From Gemmataceae bacterium (GTDB lineage Bacteria > Planctomycetota > Planctomycetia > Gemmatales > Gemmataceae): a DNA stretch of 64,000 nt. Position 1 is the stretch's first letter. Every line of letters begins with the position of its first letter. Under the pieces are notes generated by a model. It made no database searches. It was not told the DNA's origin and saw only the letters and a program-made list of their open reading frames with translations. The stretch is from positions 11,110 through 75,109 of the forward strand of contig JBJMQT010000091.1 in NCBI GenBank assembly GCA_045802525.1, written 5' to 3'. Shown here piece by piece: positions 18,645 to 28,480 of this stretch. Position numbers and translations under genes: made by a program.

Positions 18645-19183
18645 GAATTTGCCGGTTGAATAAAGAAATGGAAGCCTTGTTGGGGGGTTGACACAGAGCC
18701 ATTCTCATTGGCCCTTGCCGGCAAGTCAAATAAGAAGCTGGCGGCTTGCCGCGCTTCATGCGCCTTAAATCTCGGATCCTAATCGATGCCGCGATTATGA
18801 AGCCAGACCAATTACCTTGTGGATTTCCTTAGGCAGCACGCCAGGGATTGCTCTTTTTCCGCGCGGCCAAATTGGGGTATGATCCCGCTCGTCGACGTCG
18901 GAACCGTCGGCGACGGCCACGGAAGGCCACGGAAGAAGAGGCACGGATGATTCGACTCCTCAGCGCTTGGAGTCCAGGGCCGACGGCTCCGGAATCTAGC
19001 GGAGTCCGCTGCCCGGGCGTCCATAGCCCGGCGGACGTCTCATCCCGGGAAACACCCGCTTTCATTTCCACCTCGCGCTCATCCCGGCAACCTCCACGTT
19101 TTTCCACCACGAGGCCTTTGCCGTTCGCGGTCCGTGCCTGGTAATCCTTACTCCCCCCTCTTGTCGGAACGGAACCGAAAAAC

Positions 19184-20254
19184 ATGACTCGCGATCCCAT
19201 TCTCTTTCGGGTCGATGGTACGTCTCGCGTCGGCTGGGAGCATCTTTCTCGGTGTTTGATCTTGGCGGCGGCCCTGCAGCGGCGGCGGCGCCCGACGTAT
19301 TTTCTATCCCAGCTCGACCCTGCCTCGCTGGCTTTGAACATTAAGCGCGGCGGCAACAATTGGCTCGAAGCCGATTGCCCCGCGGGTTCTGATGAGGATT
19401 TAGAAGAGACCGTCCAGGAGATACGCCGGCTTGGCCCGGCGGCCGTGATAGTCGATGCCAGTGACATAACCGAGAATTATCTTGAAAAGCTGCGGCGCAC
19501 GGGCGCGACGGTCGTCTCGATGGACAATACAGCCAACATTCACTTTCCTTCACACCTGCTCATTAATCCCCTCTTGGCCCCTGGAAAAGAAAGCTACGAA
19601 TTTGTTGCCGACGCGCAAATCCTCTTAGGCAACCGCTATGCCCTTGTTCGCCCTGAGGTGCGCCGCGTCAGACCGGTGCGCGCCCAGGAACCGCCCCAGC
19701 CGTTTCGCGCCATGGTAAGCTTGGGCGATCACGATCCCAATCACCAGTCTGTTGCCTTAACCAAGCTGCTTCTTAATTGTCCGCGCGTGGCTCGCGTGGA
19801 TGTGATTGTGCGATCCCATCATCCCGATTTGCCGCAGTTGCAATCCTTGATGAAGACTTGTCCCGACCGGCTGGAGATTGCCATGGAGCCGGCTGAAATC
19901 ATGATGCGTCTGACCCGGTGCCATTTCGCGCTCTCGGCGGGCAATACCTGGTCGCTCGAATTGGCCTGTGTCGGCATTCCGCAACTTGTCATCGTTCAAG
20001 CCGAGACTTACTGGCCGTCCGCCCAGCGCCTGGAGGAAGAAGGCGCGGCCCAATGTCTGGGTTGGCATGCCAATGTTTCGGCCCAAACCATTCGCCAGGC
20101 TGTCCAAAATCTCTTGACGGACGACCTCGAACGCCAGGCGATGTCGCGCTGCGGCCGTCAACTCATCGATGGCCGTGGTCCTGATCGTCTAGTGACCGCG
20201 CTGGAAATACTCCTGCATCCGTCTCGCCAGGTGGAATTCAGCGAAGCCGCGTGA
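19184..20254 (+). CDS. PseG-like UDP-sugar hydrolase / GT28-type glycosyltransferase family protein
   Basis: 356 aa. The N-terminus ILFRVDGTSRVGWEHLSRCLILAAAL matches the PseG-type motif (FR.D......G.GH..RCL.LA). The assignment is family-level only. Confidence 0.6.
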   Translation: MTRDPILFRVDGTSRVGWEHLSRCLILAAALQRRRRPTYFLSQLDPASLALNIKRGGNNWLEADCPAGSDEDLEETVQEIRRLGPAAVIVDASDITENYLEKLRRTGATVVSMDNTANIHFPSHLLINPLLAPGKESYEFVADAQILLGNRYALVRPEVRRVRPVRAQEPPQPFRAMVSLGDHDPNHQSVALTKLLLNCPRVARVDVIVRSHHPDLPQLQSLMKTCPDRLEIAMEPAEIMMRLTRCHFALSAGNTWSLELACVGIPQLVIVQAETYWPSAQRLEEEGAAQCLGWHANVSAQTIRQAVQNLLTDDLERQAMSRCGRQLIDGRGPDRLVTALEILLHPSRQVEFSEAA

Positions 20255-20257
20255 TTT

Positions 20258-20416
20258 GTTCGTTGTCGGTTGTTCGTTGTTCGTTGCAGCGCCGGATGGC
20301 TCGTTTTTGGCTGAGCGCTGGGCAAAAGTTTGATAGACGCGCTGTCAGAATGGTATCCTTGGACCTAAAACGGGCCTCGGAATATCACAAACGCCAACGA
20401 ACAACTGACAACGAAC
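20258..20416. repeat. 22-nt inverted repeat built from GTTCGTT-type heptamers, bracketing the whole pseG-like/polX spacer
   Basis: The left arm is GTTCGTTGTCGGTTGTTCGTTG (20258-20279). The reverse complement of the right arm (20395-20416) is GTTCGTTGTCAGTTGTTCGTTG, a 21/22 match. The right arm ends 2 nt before the polX ATG. Confidence 0.85.
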
Positions 20417-20418
20417 CC

Positions 20419-22176
20419 ATGGACAAAGAACAAGTCGCCGTCATCTTGGACGAGATTGGCACCTTGCTGGAATTGCAGGGTGAAAACTCCTTTCGCTGCC
20501 TGGCCTATAAGAATGCGGCGCGAGCCATCGGGCAAATGGAAGGCGACCTTGGCGAGGTTATTGCGGTGGGCAAGCTCGGTGAGATTCACGGCATCGGCGA
20601 AACGCTTCAAGAAAAAATAACAACCCTTGCAAAAACGGGCCATTTGGCGTTTTACAAAGACCTGCGCGCCAAGGTTCCTCCTGGCCTGCTCGACATGCTT
20701 CGCATACCCGGCCTGGGACCTAAAAAAGCCAAGGTCTTGCATGATCAACTTGGCATTAAGAGCGTTGAAGAACTCAAGAAGGCATGCGAGGAGGACCGCG
20801 TTGCGGAATTGAAAGGCTTTGGGGCTAAGACGCAAAAGAAAATCCTCGAGGGCATCGGGTTTCTCAAGGAAGGCAGCGGCCGATTTCGGCTGGACCAGGC
20901 TCTTTTGTTGGCCGAATTCATCCTTGAGGAGATGAAAAAAGGCCCCGGCATCCAGCGCATCGAGCTTTGCGGAAGCATGCGGCGTCGGAAAGAGACGATC
21001 AAGGACATTGACGTCCTGATTAGTTCGAATGATCCCAAACCGCTCATGGAGCGGTTCATTTCCCTAAAGGGCGTTCAGCACATCGTTGGCCACGGAGAAA
21101 CCAAGTCGAGTATTGTCTTAGCTCGTGGATTAGGGAGCGATCGGGTCGTAATGAATGCCGACCTGCGCGTCGTCGCCGATAAAGCATTTCCGTTTGCGCT
21201 CAATTATTTCACGGGCAGCAAGGAGCACAATGTGGCCTTACGGGGCCTGGCCCTGGCTCGTGGCTACAGGCTAAACGAATACGAGCTATCCGGACCCAAA
21301 GGCACGGTGCCTTGCAAAAACGAAGTGGAGTTCTATCGCTTCTTCGGAATGGACTACATCGAGCCGGAATTGCGCGAAAACACCGGCGAGCTGGATGCCG
21401 CCGCAAGACATGAACTGCCTCAGCTTGTCCAGTCCAAGGATATCCAGGGTGTCTTTCACTGCCACACAAACTGGAGCGATGGCGCCAACTCGCTCGAGGA
21501 AATGGCCCGGGCGGCTCGCGACCTGGGCTTCAAATACTTCGGATTCGGCGATCATTCCCAGTCCCTCACGATTGCCAACGGCCTGACGCCTGAGCGCGTT
21601 AAGAAACAACATCAAGAAATTGACGCTTTGAACAAGAAACTGAAAGGCATCAAGCTCTTTAAGGGCATTGAGTGCGATATTCTCGCCGATGGGCGCATGG
21701 ACTTTGACGATGAGGTGTTGGCTAGCTTCGATTACGTCGTAGCCAGCGTGCATAGTCATTTCAAACAATCGCGTGAAGAGATGACCGCACGCATTGTTCG
21801 AGCCATTTCTAATCCGCATGTGACTATGCTGGGACACGCCACAGGCCGTTTGCTGCTGCGCCGCGAAGGCTATGCGGTGGATCTCGAAGCCGTTCTCCAA
21901 GCCGCGGCCAGGCATGGCACGATGGTGGAAATTAATGCTCATCCTGCCCGTTTGGACATAGACTGGATCCACTGCAAGCGCGCCCGGGCGCTTGGCGTAA
22001 CGTTAGTAATTAATCCCGACGCGCACAGCACGGAAGAAATCGGCCTTTACCGCAATGGGGTGGACGTGGCCAGGCGGGGCTGGCTTGAGAAGAAAAATGT
22101 TTTCAATACGAGAACGGCACAACAAGTAATTAAAGACCTGGCTTCAATTAAAGAAAGGCGTTCCAAAAATCGCTAG
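20419..22176 (+). CDS. polX: Family X DNA polymerase with a C-terminal PHP domain (PolX)
   Basis: From ATG 20419: MDKEQVAVILDEIGTLLELQGENSFRCLAYKNAARAI (8-kDa/HhH domain), GIGETLQEKI, CGSMRRRKETIKDIDVL (nucleotidyltransferase domain), and PHP motifs FHCHTNWSDG...GFGDHS...SVHS. The 56 upstream codons in the track ORF look non-coding. Confidence 0.9.
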   Translation: MDKEQVAVILDEIGTLLELQGENSFRCLAYKNAARAIGQMEGDLGEVIAVGKLGEIHGIGETLQEKITTLAKTGHLAFYKDLRAKVPPGLLDMLRIPGLGPKKAKVLHDQLGIKSVEELKKACEEDRVAELKGFGAKTQKKILEGIGFLKEGSGRFRLDQALLLAEFILEEMKKGPGIQRIELCGSMRRRKETIKDIDVLISSNDPKPLMERFISLKGVQHIVGHGETKSSIVLARGLGSDRVVMNADLRVVADKAFPFALNYFTGSKEHNVALRGLALARGYRLNEYELSGPKGTVPCKNEVEFYRFFGMDYIEPELRENTGELDAAARHELPQLVQSKDIQGVFHCHTNWSDGANSLEEMARAARDLGFKYFGFGDHSQSLTIANGLTPERVKKQHQEIDALNKKLKGIKLFKGIECDILADGRMDFDDEVLASFDYVVASVHSHFKQSREEMTARIVRAISNPHVTMLGHATGRLLLRREGYAVDLEAVLQAAARHGTMVEINAHPARLDIDWIHCKRARALGVTLVINPDAHSTEEIGLYRNGVDVARRGWLEKKNVFNTRTAQQVIKDLASIKERRSKNR

Positions 22177-22179
22177 CGT

Positions 22180-23448
22180 CTAGGTTGCTCGATACTTCGG
22201 ATTAGTCTTGAGGAACTGCTTCACTCGATCTGTCCGATTTACTACTTCGGCAAAAAACGCCACGGCCTTTTTAAGTCTGTCATCAGGTTCCGCGCAACTG
22301 AAGCGTAGGAATCCCTGGCCTGCTTCGCCGAAACATTCACCGCCTAGACAAGCCACGCCGAAATTGTCATCGGCAGCTTCCAGCAGAAACATCGCCAACC
22401 CGTGCGATTTGATTCCCAGGCGCCGGCAAATCGCGGAAACGTCTGGAAAGGCATAGAAGGTTCCCGCCGGCATCAACACTTTGACGCCCTCGACCTTGCG
22501 AAGTTCCTCCACTAAAACAGCGACCTTCTTCTCGAATCGGCGCATCACCTCGTCGCGTTCGGCAGCGTCATGCTCCAGCGCCGCCTGGCCGGCCCATTGC
22601 GTGATGGGCGGCACGCAGGAAAGCGATGTGTTAATCATTTTCCCAAGCACGTCTACGACGCGCGGATTAGAAATCGCGTACCCGAGTCGCCAGCCGCTCA
22701 TGCTATACGATTTGCTGAACGTGTAGACCGCTATCGCTTGATCGAGCATCCCTGGCTCGGCTAGCAAGGGATGATGCTTGCCAGTCCAGGCCATGTGGCA
22801 ATAGGGCTCGTCGCTGAAGACGGCAATATTCTTACCTCGAACGAGCCTAGCTAAATTGTGCAAGTCGTCGGTCGTGGCCACGCCGCCGGTCGGATTGTGC
22901 GGAGAATTGAGAAAGATCGCCTTGGCGCGCAGCGTGGACGCAATGAACCGCTCCACGTCGGACAGGTTGGGTCGGAAGTCGTCTTGTTGGCGCAGCGGAC
23001 TGTACACCGGCACAGCGCCGCGCCGCTCGATGTTAGGCCCGTAGGTTGGAAAATGCGGCGTGAAGACGAGCACCGCATCGCCGGGATCGAGAAATGCTTC
23101 GCAGAAAAACTGCTCAAACACCTTGGCGCCTGGACCAATGACGACATTTTCCGGAGTCAAGTCCACGCCGAATTCTTGCCGATAATTCTGGGCGACCGCT
23201 TCGCGAAACGAGGGCAAACCTAACGACGCGCAATAGTGCGTGGCATTGCTCTCTATGGCTTTGATGCCAGCCTTGCAAGCGCTTGAAGTGCTGGGAAACG
23301 GACTATCGCCGATTTGGAGCTCGACGACGTCCTTCCCTTGAGCCTTCAACTTTTTGGCGACCGCTAATACGTCGAATGCCGTTTCTGCGCTAAGCCCTCG
23401 TGAGAATTGACTCAGCGCCGGAATTACAGAAGCGGCGGTTTGGTTCAT
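22180..23448 (-). CDS. Class I/II pyridoxal-phosphate-dependent aminotransferase (AspC-like)
   Basis: 422 aa with NSPHNPTGG, SDEPY, and FSKSYSMSGWRLGY (the PLP-lysine motif). Confidence 0.85.
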   Translation of the reverse strand: MNQTAASVIPALSQFSRGLSAETAFDVLAVAKKLKAQGKDVVELQIGDSPFPSTSSACKAGIKAIESNATHYCASLGLPSFREAVAQNYRQEFGVDLTPENVVIGPGAKVFEQFFCEAFLDPGDAVLVFTPHFPTYGPNIERRGAVPVYSPLRQQDDFRPNLSDVERFIASTLRAKAIFLNSPHNPTGGVATTDDLHNLARLVRGKNIAVFSDEPYCHMAWTGKHHPLLAEPGMLDQAIAVYTFSKSYSMSGWRLGYAISNPRVVDVLGKMINTSLSCVPPITQWAGQAALEHDAAERDEVMRRFEKKVAVLVEELRKVEGVKVLMPAGTFYAFPDVSAICRRLGIKSHGLAMFLLEAADDNFGVACLGGECFGEAGQGFLRFSCAEPDDRLKKAVAFFAEVVNRTDRVKQFLKTNPKYRAT

Positions 23449-23578
23449 GGCCTAGAAAAGCAACTAAGAGTGGAAAACGAATGCAACGACATGGCTTTAA
23501 CGTCTTGTCTTACATGATAGAAATCTAGGCATCTTTACTTAAGAGGAAGCAAGGTCGAACCGGAAACTGGACAGCAAC

Positions 23579-24325
23579 TTATTGCTTCGCCGCAATGGCC
23601 TGCGCTAAGGGGCGCACAACGGCGGGGATAATGTGCGCATCCACCAAGTCTTGGCACACCTTGCGCTGATTGGTATACGATTCTCCCCAAGTCTTAAACG
23701 GCTGACGGCCCCAGTATTGCCGCACGGTAAAATACACGCTGATAGGCGCTTCGGGAAACTGACCCGTTCGGACTTGATACGCATTCGTGCGGGTTTCAAT
23801 GCTGAGTCGGCATTGCAGCCGGCAATTTTCGTCCAGGGCCAGCATCAACGAAGGTTCGTAATTAATTACCCGGCTGCCGGGCATCTGTAGGAGATTTTCC
23901 AACGTCGTATTTAGGCCCAGGGCTTCCGCAACAACTTCATCGTGATTGCCTCCGAACGTGAAATCAAAGGCGAATACGACGTCCAGCGCTTCGCAATCAA
24001 GGGCACTGAGGTCCAGATGATACGGAACCAGCTCCAGGACATGCTGGTGCTGCTCGTCCGCCACTTCTAGGTTGGCCGGATTGACGTAACCGGCGGAAAC
24101 ACGGCGCTGCTCGAGCGTGACCCAGCGGTAACTGCCTTGCTCGCGGTCTTCCTCCAACACATATTCGCCCGATTCACGATGATCGAAATCGGTCATTGTG
24201 GGATAGGTTTTGCGGAGGCTATCGAAGAAATGAAGGATCGTTTCGCGGCCTTCGGGTAGATCCATCTTGGTGTTGAGATATACATAGACTCCGAAGTCAT
24301 CACATAAGGAGCTATACGGGTTCAT
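23579..24325 (-). CDS. Hypothetical protein
   Basis: Clean 248-aa ORF with a balanced composition. No motif was recognised. Confidence 0.6.
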   Translation of the reverse strand: MNPYSSLCDDFGVYVYLNTKMDLPEGRETILHFFDSLRKTYPTMTDFDHRESGEYVLEEDREQGSYRWVTLEQRRVSAGYVNPANLEVADEQHQHVLELVPYHLDLSALDCEALDVVFAFDFTFGGNHDEVVAEALGLNTTLENLLQMPGSRVINYEPSLMLALDENCRLQCRLSIETRTNAYQVRTGQFPEAPISVYFTVRQYWGRQPFKTWGESYTNQRKVCQDLVDAHIIPAVVRPLAQAIAAKQ

Positions 24326-24564
24326 CGCCTTCCCCTCAAACCGCGCCAGGATTGGCCCTCATCGGCCCGAGAACGCTCTCGACCTAGCTACCTCCATTGT
24401 TCGGCTTTTGCGGGCGAAGTGCAAGTCCGGTGCCGCCATTTCTTTGGGTCCGGCCCTACAGGACTACAGGTTTAACCCACCTGCCATTTCCACGATCAGA
24501 AACCAGCCGCGTTATCGCTTCTTCTATCATGGCAATGCTTTGCGGATTTCGGAGTAATCCGCCA

Positions 24565-24616
24565 ACAAAAAATCCCCGAAGAGGTTCTCGTCCATTGGGC
24601 CGAGATTCTGCGGGGT
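24565..24616 (-). terminator. Rho-independent terminator candidate for 24643..24975
   Basis: On the minus strand: CCCCGCAGAATCTCGG...CCTCTTCGGGG followed by ATTTTTTGTT. An inner TCTCG/CGAGA stem is also present. Confidence 0.45.
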
Positions 24617-24642
24617 TTTGTTCGAATTTGCCGTCGAAAGGA

Positions 24643-24975
24643 TTAAGCCGTTTGAGCGAGCTTGGCTTTGCTAGGAACGCTCAAATTCGTCTGGTGCAAC
24701 CAGCGGCCGGCATCGGCCGCGCCTTGCCAGCGCTGCAAAGAGATGGCCTTCACCCGTTCGCGCTCCTCATCATCCAAAAGTTCAAAGTAAGCGGAGGCGA
24801 ACCCGGCCCGGACTTGCGTGGAAGAGCGGCCCAGATAGACCAGCAGTTCGCTGCGGTCTTCAAACACGGCCATGGCCCGCCATCCTTGGGGCTTGGCTTC
24901 AGTCTGGTAAATCACGGTCTGACCCTCCTTGGTCAAGCGGGGTAATGCGAAGTCTGCTAAGAGTGACGAGAACAC
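24643..24975 (-). CDS. Hypothetical protein
   Basis: 110-aa ORF with a GTG start, followed by a terminator-like hairpin. No motif was recognised. Confidence 0.5.
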   Translation of the reverse strand: MFSSLLADFALPRLTKEGQTVIYQTEAKPQGWRAMAVFEDRSELLVYLGRSSTQVRAGFASAYFELLDDEERERVKAISLQRWQGAADAGRWLHQTNLSVPSKAKLAQTA

Positions 24976-25070
24976 CAGCTGCGGTCAAGATCAATGTGCG
25001 CAAAAAACCGGCGGCTCCGACTTACCGGATCTTTGGTAGGTTTTGCAGGTGGCAAGACGCGGTATAGAAA

Positions 25071-25394
25071 TCAATAGCGCTCTCCGTAGCCGCCGCGTTC
25101 ACCGCCCCCGCGTCCATAGCCGCCCCCGCCGCTCCGTTCCTCGCGGGGGCGAGCCTCGTTCACGGTAAGGGGGCGCCCCTTGAAGTCAAAACCATTCAGC
25201 TCCTCGACAGCTTTTTGAGCTTCCGCATCGCTTTCCATTTCCACGAAACCAAAGCCACGCGATCGACCCGTTTCGCGATCCGTAATGACCTGAGCGCGGG
25301 CGACTTTGCCGTGTTCTTGAAATAGAGCCAGCAGATCGTCGGCCGTTGCATCCCAAACCAGATTGCCCACATAGATGTTCTTCGCCATCGCCAC
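25071..25394 (-). CDS. RRM-type RNA-binding protein with a Gly/Arg-rich tail
   Basis: RNP-2 is IYVGNL and RNP-1 is RGFGFVEM. The C-terminus is RSGGGGYGRGGGERGGYGERY. Confidence 0.9.
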   Translation of the reverse strand: MAMAKNIYVGNLVWDATADDLLALFQEHGKVARAQVITDRETGRSRGFGFVEMESDAEAQKAVEELNGFDFKGRPLTVNEARPREERSGGGGYGRGGGERGGYGERY

Positions 25395-25771
25395 ACCTTT
25401 CCGTGCCTATCCCGTATGGGCGGCAGCATCGAAAAAAGCTAAAAAATAAGATTCCCGAAGCCCCAAGAGCGCTCCAGGAAATTGCGCCCAGCGCTAGCCC
25501 GGGCCAAAGGCCGGCGGCCCTACCTTCTCGGAATCTTTCGGGGGAATTGCACGGAAAAGCGCCAAACCGTCGAAGAGCGAGGAGGAGGAGTGAGGTCAAC
25601 TGGGACCGGGCAGTTATTTCTCCCTGATAGACAAAAACCGACTTGCCATCAGGTTGAAATTATATACTGACCGCAATTCATATTTCCAAGAGAAATTCCG
25701 CCGGTTTCTACATTGTGTTTCAAAGGAACTGAGGCTTGGGCCGTGCCAAACGCAAACTCGCTCCACTTCGC

Positions 25772-26572
25772 CTAAAACATCGCTAAGCAACTTTCCAAAA
25801 GGTCGGCCAATCGTTGGCTCTGCCAAGAAGCCGTCGCCAACACTTCTTCATGGTTAATTGGCGCCTGGCTTAGGCCGGCTGCCCGATTGGTGATGCAGGA
25901 AATCCCCAGGCATTCCAGCCCGGCATCAAAAGCGGTCTGAACCTCGCGCGCGGTCGACATACCCACGGCATCAGCGCCCATGCTATTCAAGGCACGAATT
26001 TCTGCGGAGGTCTCATAACAGGGCCCGGTCACGGCGCCATAGACGCCTTCATAAAGCTCCATTTTTTGGCTGCAAGCAGCTTGCTTTAGAATGCCTAACA
26101 GACGCGCCGAATAGGGGGAAGGCCTTTCTGTCCCTAAACCACCCGGTCCGCTAAGCCGCCAACAGTAGGGCTTAGTCCACTCAATATGATCGCGGATCGC
26201 CATGAAGCTGCCCGGGACAAGGCTTTCGTGTATTCCACCAGCCGCGTTGGTGAAGACCAGCAGCGAAATACCTAGATATTGCGCCGTTACGACGGGCAAG
26301 ACGACCTTACGCCACGAATGCCCCTCATAGCAATGGAGTCGACCTTCAAAGACTAGAACCGGCCGGCCCAGCCAGACGCCCAAAGTTAGACAGCCCTTGT
26401 GTCCATCAATGGAAGTAGGAGCCATTTCGGGAATTTCGTTGAATGGTATGCTTTGCGGATTTGTTAAGCGGTCGGCCACGGCGCCCATTCCGGACCCGAG
26501 AATGAAACCAATGGATGGCCGCGCCAGGCGAACGGCTTGAACCCATTGGGAGAAAGTGGCCGCCTGATTCAT
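25772..26572 (-). CDS. Purine nucleoside phosphorylase (trimeric PNP/MTAP family)
   Basis: 266 aa with ILGSGMG, EGRLHCYEG, TNAAGG, GPCYETSAEIR and GADAVGMSTAREV. Confidence 0.85.
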   Translation of the reverse strand: MNQAATFSQWVQAVRLARPSIGFILGSGMGAVADRLTNPQSIPFNEIPEMAPTSIDGHKGCLTLGVWLGRPVLVFEGRLHCYEGHSWRKVVLPVVTAQYLGISLLVFTNAAGGIHESLVPGSFMAIRDHIEWTKPYCWRLSGPGGLGTERPSPYSARLLGILKQAACSQKMELYEGVYGAVTGPCYETSAEIRALNSMGADAVGMSTAREVQTAFDAGLECLGISCITNRAAGLSQAPINHEEVLATASWQSQRLADLLESCLAMF

Positions 26573-27315
26573 GAGCCTTCCGCGTCAGCGAGGGAACCGG
26601 TTAATGCCAGTCCCTTGGCACGAGCGGCTTGAATAATAAGGTCTGCACAAGCCTCCTCGCCCAAAAGCCGCGAATTGACGATCAAATCGTACCTCGCCAA
26701 ATCGGACTCATCGTGATGGAAATGTTTGGCCAGGAACTCGGCCCTTTGCTCATCACGGCTGCGAACCAGTTCCCGGGCTTCGTCTTGGGTCATGCGCAGC
26801 CACTGGGCCATATAGCCGACGCGATCCGCGGCCGGCGCCACTACGCGCACATGCAGCGTGCTAATCTGCGGCAAGAGGTGGCCAGCTCCCCGGCCAATAA
26901 AGACGACGTGTCCTTTGACCCCGATCGCCAAAATAATCCTGGCCAGCTCTACGATGCCCGGATCGTTACTGAGCCCTTCCTCTTTTTGTAAATACTCCAG
27001 GCGATCTTCTACCCACGCAGCCGCGGCGGGTTGCAGCCGGTCCAAGATTTCGCGGCGAACGTTTTCCTCGCGGAGAATGTATTCGAGCAGTTCCTGACTA
27101 TAAACTTCCCATCCCATTTGCCGGGCAACTCTCTTGCCCAACGTGCCGCCGCGCGCCCCGGACTGCCGACTTACAGCAATGGACAAAGCACTCGGTAAAG
27201 CGGGCGTGCGCCGTTCCGACGGTGATTCGCCACGGAATCCGTGCGGAGGACCCTCAGTGCCTCCTTCGGCGTTGTACTCGTCGAAAACTTTGAAGGTATA
27301 GTTTGGGTTCATCAA
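26569..27315 (-). CDS. Cytidylate-kinase-like family protein
   Basis: 248 aa. IAVSRQSGARGGTLGKRVARQMGWEVYSQELLEYI resembles the Cytidylate_kin2-type N-terminus. It overlaps the downstream PNP gene by 4 nt (ATGA). Confidence 0.6.
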   Translation of the reverse strand: MMNPNYTFKVFDEYNAEGGTEGPPHGFRGESPSERRTPALPSALSIAVSRQSGARGGTLGKRVARQMGWEVYSQELLEYILREENVRREILDRLQPAAAAWVEDRLEYLQKEEGLSNDPGIVELARIILAIGVKGHVVFIGRGAGHLLPQISTLHVRVVAPAADRVGYMAQWLRMTQDEARELVRSRDEQRAEFLAKHFHHDESDLARYDLIVNSRLLGEEACADLIIQAARAKGLALTGSLADAEGS

Positions 27316-27333
27316 TCTACCGTTCCGACGGTT

Positions 27334-28332
27334 TCAGTCCACCGCGACATACTCGGATCGGGAAAAAAGCCCCATGCCTAGCACTACCAGAACCATTGTA
27401 GTCAAAGCCAATATCCAGCAGGCAGTAGGCCCCTCCACCGGCAGGTATACCGACGGACTTTCCGGCCTTACTTCATAATCTTGGCCCGCGTCGAACATCA
27501 TGCAGCGAACATAGAAACTGATGCTCAGCCGCTTGAGGTACCCAGGCATATTACCCATCCACACTTCCAAAAAGAAAGCGTAGACGAGAGAGACTATTGC
27601 AGGCCGTTTGAAAAACGAGCCTATCAAATGAAAAAGGGCGGTAAAAGCCAGCGTTCCGCATAAAATTGCCGGCCAAAATAGCGACAGAGCCAGCGCTCCG
27701 GGTCGCCCGCCGACACAACAAATCCAAGCGAAGCCTCCCAGAGTCAATCCCAGGCTCCAGGGGAGCTGGGCCAGGTACTTTGCTAAGTAGATGCCGGGCC
27801 GGGACAGCGGCCGCGTTAACAACCACACCATGCTGGTTCCTTCGCGCTCACTGGCCATCGCCTGTGTCGCGAAGCTAAGACTCCAAATGGGTAAGAGAAA
27901 ACTCACCAGAATCGAGAATATGACCGTATTTGAAAAGACGTAGAACTCCGACCGATCCATGCCGAAGCGGATGCTCGCCAGCATGGCTTGTTGCAGGGCC
28001 ATTACCGATGGAACGCCGGGCGATGCGGCGCGAGCGATTGACGCCTCCAATAGGACGGTCAGCTCCTTGAAGTCCAACGTCCCGTCCCGGCGCGAAATGC
28101 GCCAATTATTCATATTCCAGCGATCGGTCGCGGTGAATATCCACACCAGGGCTACCGCCAAACCCAGTAAAGCGCATGCGATAAAAGCCATTTCGCGCAT
28201 GCGCGCCTGCCGCTGAATGCTGAGCCAGATCAGGTAGAACCAGGCGCGAAGCGTTGAAGGCCGATCAAATTGTGTCGACGTCGATTCGTCGAGATGTCGA
28301 GGTGAAGAGACGACACGGTGGTCGGGGCGCAT
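27334..28332 (-). CDS. ABC-2-type permease-like membrane protein
   Basis: 332 aa with about 6 hydrophobic segments. It lies directly downstream of an ABC ATPase. Confidence 0.6.
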   Translation of the reverse strand: MRPDHRVVSSPRHLDESTSTQFDRPSTLRAWFYLIWLSIQRQARMREMAFIACALLGLAVALVWIFTATDRWNMNNWRISRRDGTLDFKELTVLLEASIARAASPGVPSVMALQQAMLASIRFGMDRSEFYVFSNTVIFSILVSFLLPIWSLSFATQAMASEREGTSMVWLLTRPLSRPGIYLAKYLAQLPWSLGLTLGGFAWICCVGGRPGALALSLFWPAILCGTLAFTALFHLIGSFFKRPAIVSLVYAFFLEVWMGNMPGYLKRLSISFYVRCMMFDAGQDYEVRPESPSVYLPVEGPTACWILALTTMVLVVLGMGLFSRSEYVAVD

Positions 28333-28480
28333 GAATGAACTCTCTTGCCGGTTTTGGTAGAAATCGGTCGGACCCTGGCCCTAAGGGTCAAGCTGGCGTT
28401 CTGGTGGGTTTAACAGCTTTACCACGGTGGTCTTGTGCCCGATAAAAATGACCCTATTGCCTAAGACCGTGATGGGCCCG

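Noticed and set aside
18829-19467. 212-aa minus-strand ORF, together with 18848..19144 on the plus strand.
   Set aside because: It is extremely Arg/Ser/Ala-rich, overlaps the 5' end of the well-supported pseG-like gene, and has no RBS or motif.
20251-20418. An N-terminal 56-codon extension of polX from a GTG overlapping the upstream stop codon (track ORF 20251..22176).
   Set aside because: - The extension (ICSLSVVRCSLQRR...) is the translation of the heptamer inverted repeat and spacer.
- PolX homology begins at the ATG at 20419.
24397-24945. 182-aa plus-strand ORF spanning the 24326-24642 spacer and the antisense strand of 24643..24975.
   Set aside because: It has a low-complexity Pro/Arg/Gly-rich translation and runs through a terminator hairpin. 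The minus-strand ORF, with its terminator, is more plausible.
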